Below, piece by piece: positions 45,129-46,108 of a stretch of DNA of 46,108 bases. Source of the DNA: Patescibacteria group bacterium (GTDB taxonomy: Bacteria > Patescibacteriota > Microgenomatia > UBA8517 > UBA10165); contig JBBTXW010000035.1 of assembly GCA_038062025.1 (NCBI GenBank), forward strand, positions 1 through 46,108. Direction: 5' to 3'. The notes beneath the pieces are model-generated. The model had not been told where the DNA came from. It did no database searches and saw only the letters and a list, made by a program, of their open reading frames with translations. Position 1 is the first letter of the stretch. Each line of letters begins with the position of its first letter. Made by a program: the position numbers and the translations under genes.

Positions 45129-46108
45129 ATGGCTAAAACACGTGTCCTGGCAGGCATTGATATAGGTTCTGCAAAGATTGCTTCTTTGGTTTCTCAATAT
45201 GATGAGTTAGAAGACAAAATTTCAATCTCCGGAGTTGGGATGGTACCGTCCCGTGGAGTCCGAAAAGGCCAAATTGTAGATATCGATGAGGCAGCAGCCG
45301 CAGTTTTAGAATCTGTCGAACAAGCAGAACGTATGGCGGGCTATAGTCTTGATCAGGCATTTGTAACAATCAGCGGGGGACACATCGACTCAAGAAACTC
45401 AAATGGCGTTGTTGCGGTTGCAGACCCCGGAGGCGAAATTTCAGGAACAGACATAGAAAGAGTGATTGAAGCAGCCCGAGCTGTTTCTTTGCCCGAAGCC
45501 CGCGAAATAATCCATGTGCTTCCAAAAGAATATAAAGTCGACGGCGAAACCCAAGTAAAAGATCCCGAAGGAATGAGCGGTGTAAGACTTGAGGTTGAAA
45601 CTCACCTAATAACCGGCTCTACAACTGCAGTTAAAAACATCCAAAAAACAATCTCAGAAGTTGGTGTAACCCCGACAGGAATGGTTTTTTCTGGGCTTTC
45701 TTCTGCGGTTTCTGTACTTTCAGATACAGAACGGGAGCTTGGTGTTGTCTTGGTAGATGTTGGAGCAGGAACAACCTCAATTGTGGTTTACGTTGAGGGT
45801 TCAATCGCTCATTCTTCCGTTCTCCCAATTGGCGGCAAAAATGTAACAAACGATATTGCAGCAGGTTTAAGAGTCTCTCTTGACTCAGCTGAAAAAATAA
45901 AGATTACTCTGAGCGAGAAAAGAAAAAAAGGGAAAGTAGAAGGAGAAGAAGACGAGCTTGATCTGAAAAGCTATAATGTCGAAGAAGGCGACAGAAAAAT
46001 CTCTGAGAAAACTTTAATTGAAGGAATTATAAAACCCCGCCTAAACGAAATATTTACAATGGTTGGGATGAATCTTTCTGAATCGCAAACCGCCGGCAAA
46101 ACCCCCTC
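45129..46108 (+). CDS. ftsA: cell division protein FtsA (3' partial; runs off the window)
   Basis: I translated frame 3 by hand from ATG 45129 and it stays open to the window end. It is absent from the ORF track because it has no stop. Motifs: VLAGIDIGSAKI, VVLVDVGAGTTSIVVY and LPIGGKNVTNDIA (actin-like ATPase). Confidence 0.9.
   Translation, partial: MAKTRVLAGIDIGSAKIASLVSQYDELEDKISISGVGMVPSRGVRKGQIVDIDEAAAAVLESVEQAERMAGYSLDQAFVTISGGHIDSRNSNGVVAVADPGGEISGTDIERVIEAARAVSLPEAREIIHVLPKEYKVDGETQVKDPEGMSGVRLEVETHLITGSTTAVKNIQKTISEVGVTPTGMVFSGLSSAVSVLSDTERELGVVLVDVGAGTTSIVVYVEGSIAHSSVLPIGGKNVTNDIAAGLRVSLDSAEKIKITLSEKRKKGKVEGEEDELDLKSYNVEEGDRKISEKTLIEGIIKPRLNEIFTMVGMNLSESQTAGKTP

Noticed and set aside
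1-46108. Search for rRNA, tRNA, tmRNA, CRISPR arrays, transposases, integrases, toxin-antitoxin pairs or known defence genes
   Set aside because: The intergenic spaces are too short or too AT-rich, or are already explained by hairpins. None shows cloverleaf-like or repeat-spacer structure, and no ORF carries the corresponding motifs.

Overview
This 46.1 kb window is almost entirely co-directional, tightly packed bacterial DNA. About 40 genes lie on the + strand and one small gene lies on the - strand. Ten gene junctions are ATGA start/stop overlaps. TGA is used as a stop codon (standard code). No rRNA, tRNA, CRISPR array, transposase or integrase was found. The window falls into three blocks. 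(1) nt 1-21516 is a very large surface-glycan or glycoconjugate assembly operon. It encodes a Wzx-type flippase (5' partial), about 7 GT4 and 4-5 GT2 glycosyltransferases, three GT-C/ArnT-like polytopic membrane proteins and a Wzy/O-antigen-ligase-like protein. It also encodes a SAM methyltransferase, a hexapeptide acetyltransferase, a small phosphoglycosyl transferase and a DUF4012-like protein, but no nucleotide-sugar biosynthesis genes. (2) nt 21517-25042 is a short housekeeping interlude: recO, a membrane-anchored AN1-like zinc-finger protein, glycyl-tRNA synthetase and an anchored exoprotein. (3) nt 25101-46108 is a division/cell-wall (dcw) cluster that starts with a near-consensus promoter and MraZ boxes. 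Its gene order is mraZ-rsmH-ftsL-ftsI-[813-aa VirD4/FtsK/HerA-like ATPase]-[small GC3-rich minus-strand gene]-murC-murB-murD-murA-[alpha/beta hydrolase]-[membrane-anchored MurF]-[DegT-like aminotransferase]-[FemAB-like]-mraY-ftsW-murG-ftsQ-ftsA (3' partial). murE and ddl are absent from the cluster. The gene content and style suggest a small-genome, CPR/Patescibacteria-like monoderm, but that is inference only. The most unusual features are the non-canonical insertions in the dcw operon (the ATPase plus the foreign-looking small gene, and the hydrolase/TM-MurF/DegT/FemAB block). Several structured intergenic repeat elements are also notable: a MITE/REP-like hairpin element with a second related copy, direct AT-rich repeats bracketing murB, 8-bp-periodic GTAG/CTAC arrays before ftsA, and a perfect 18-bp x3 repeat in murG.
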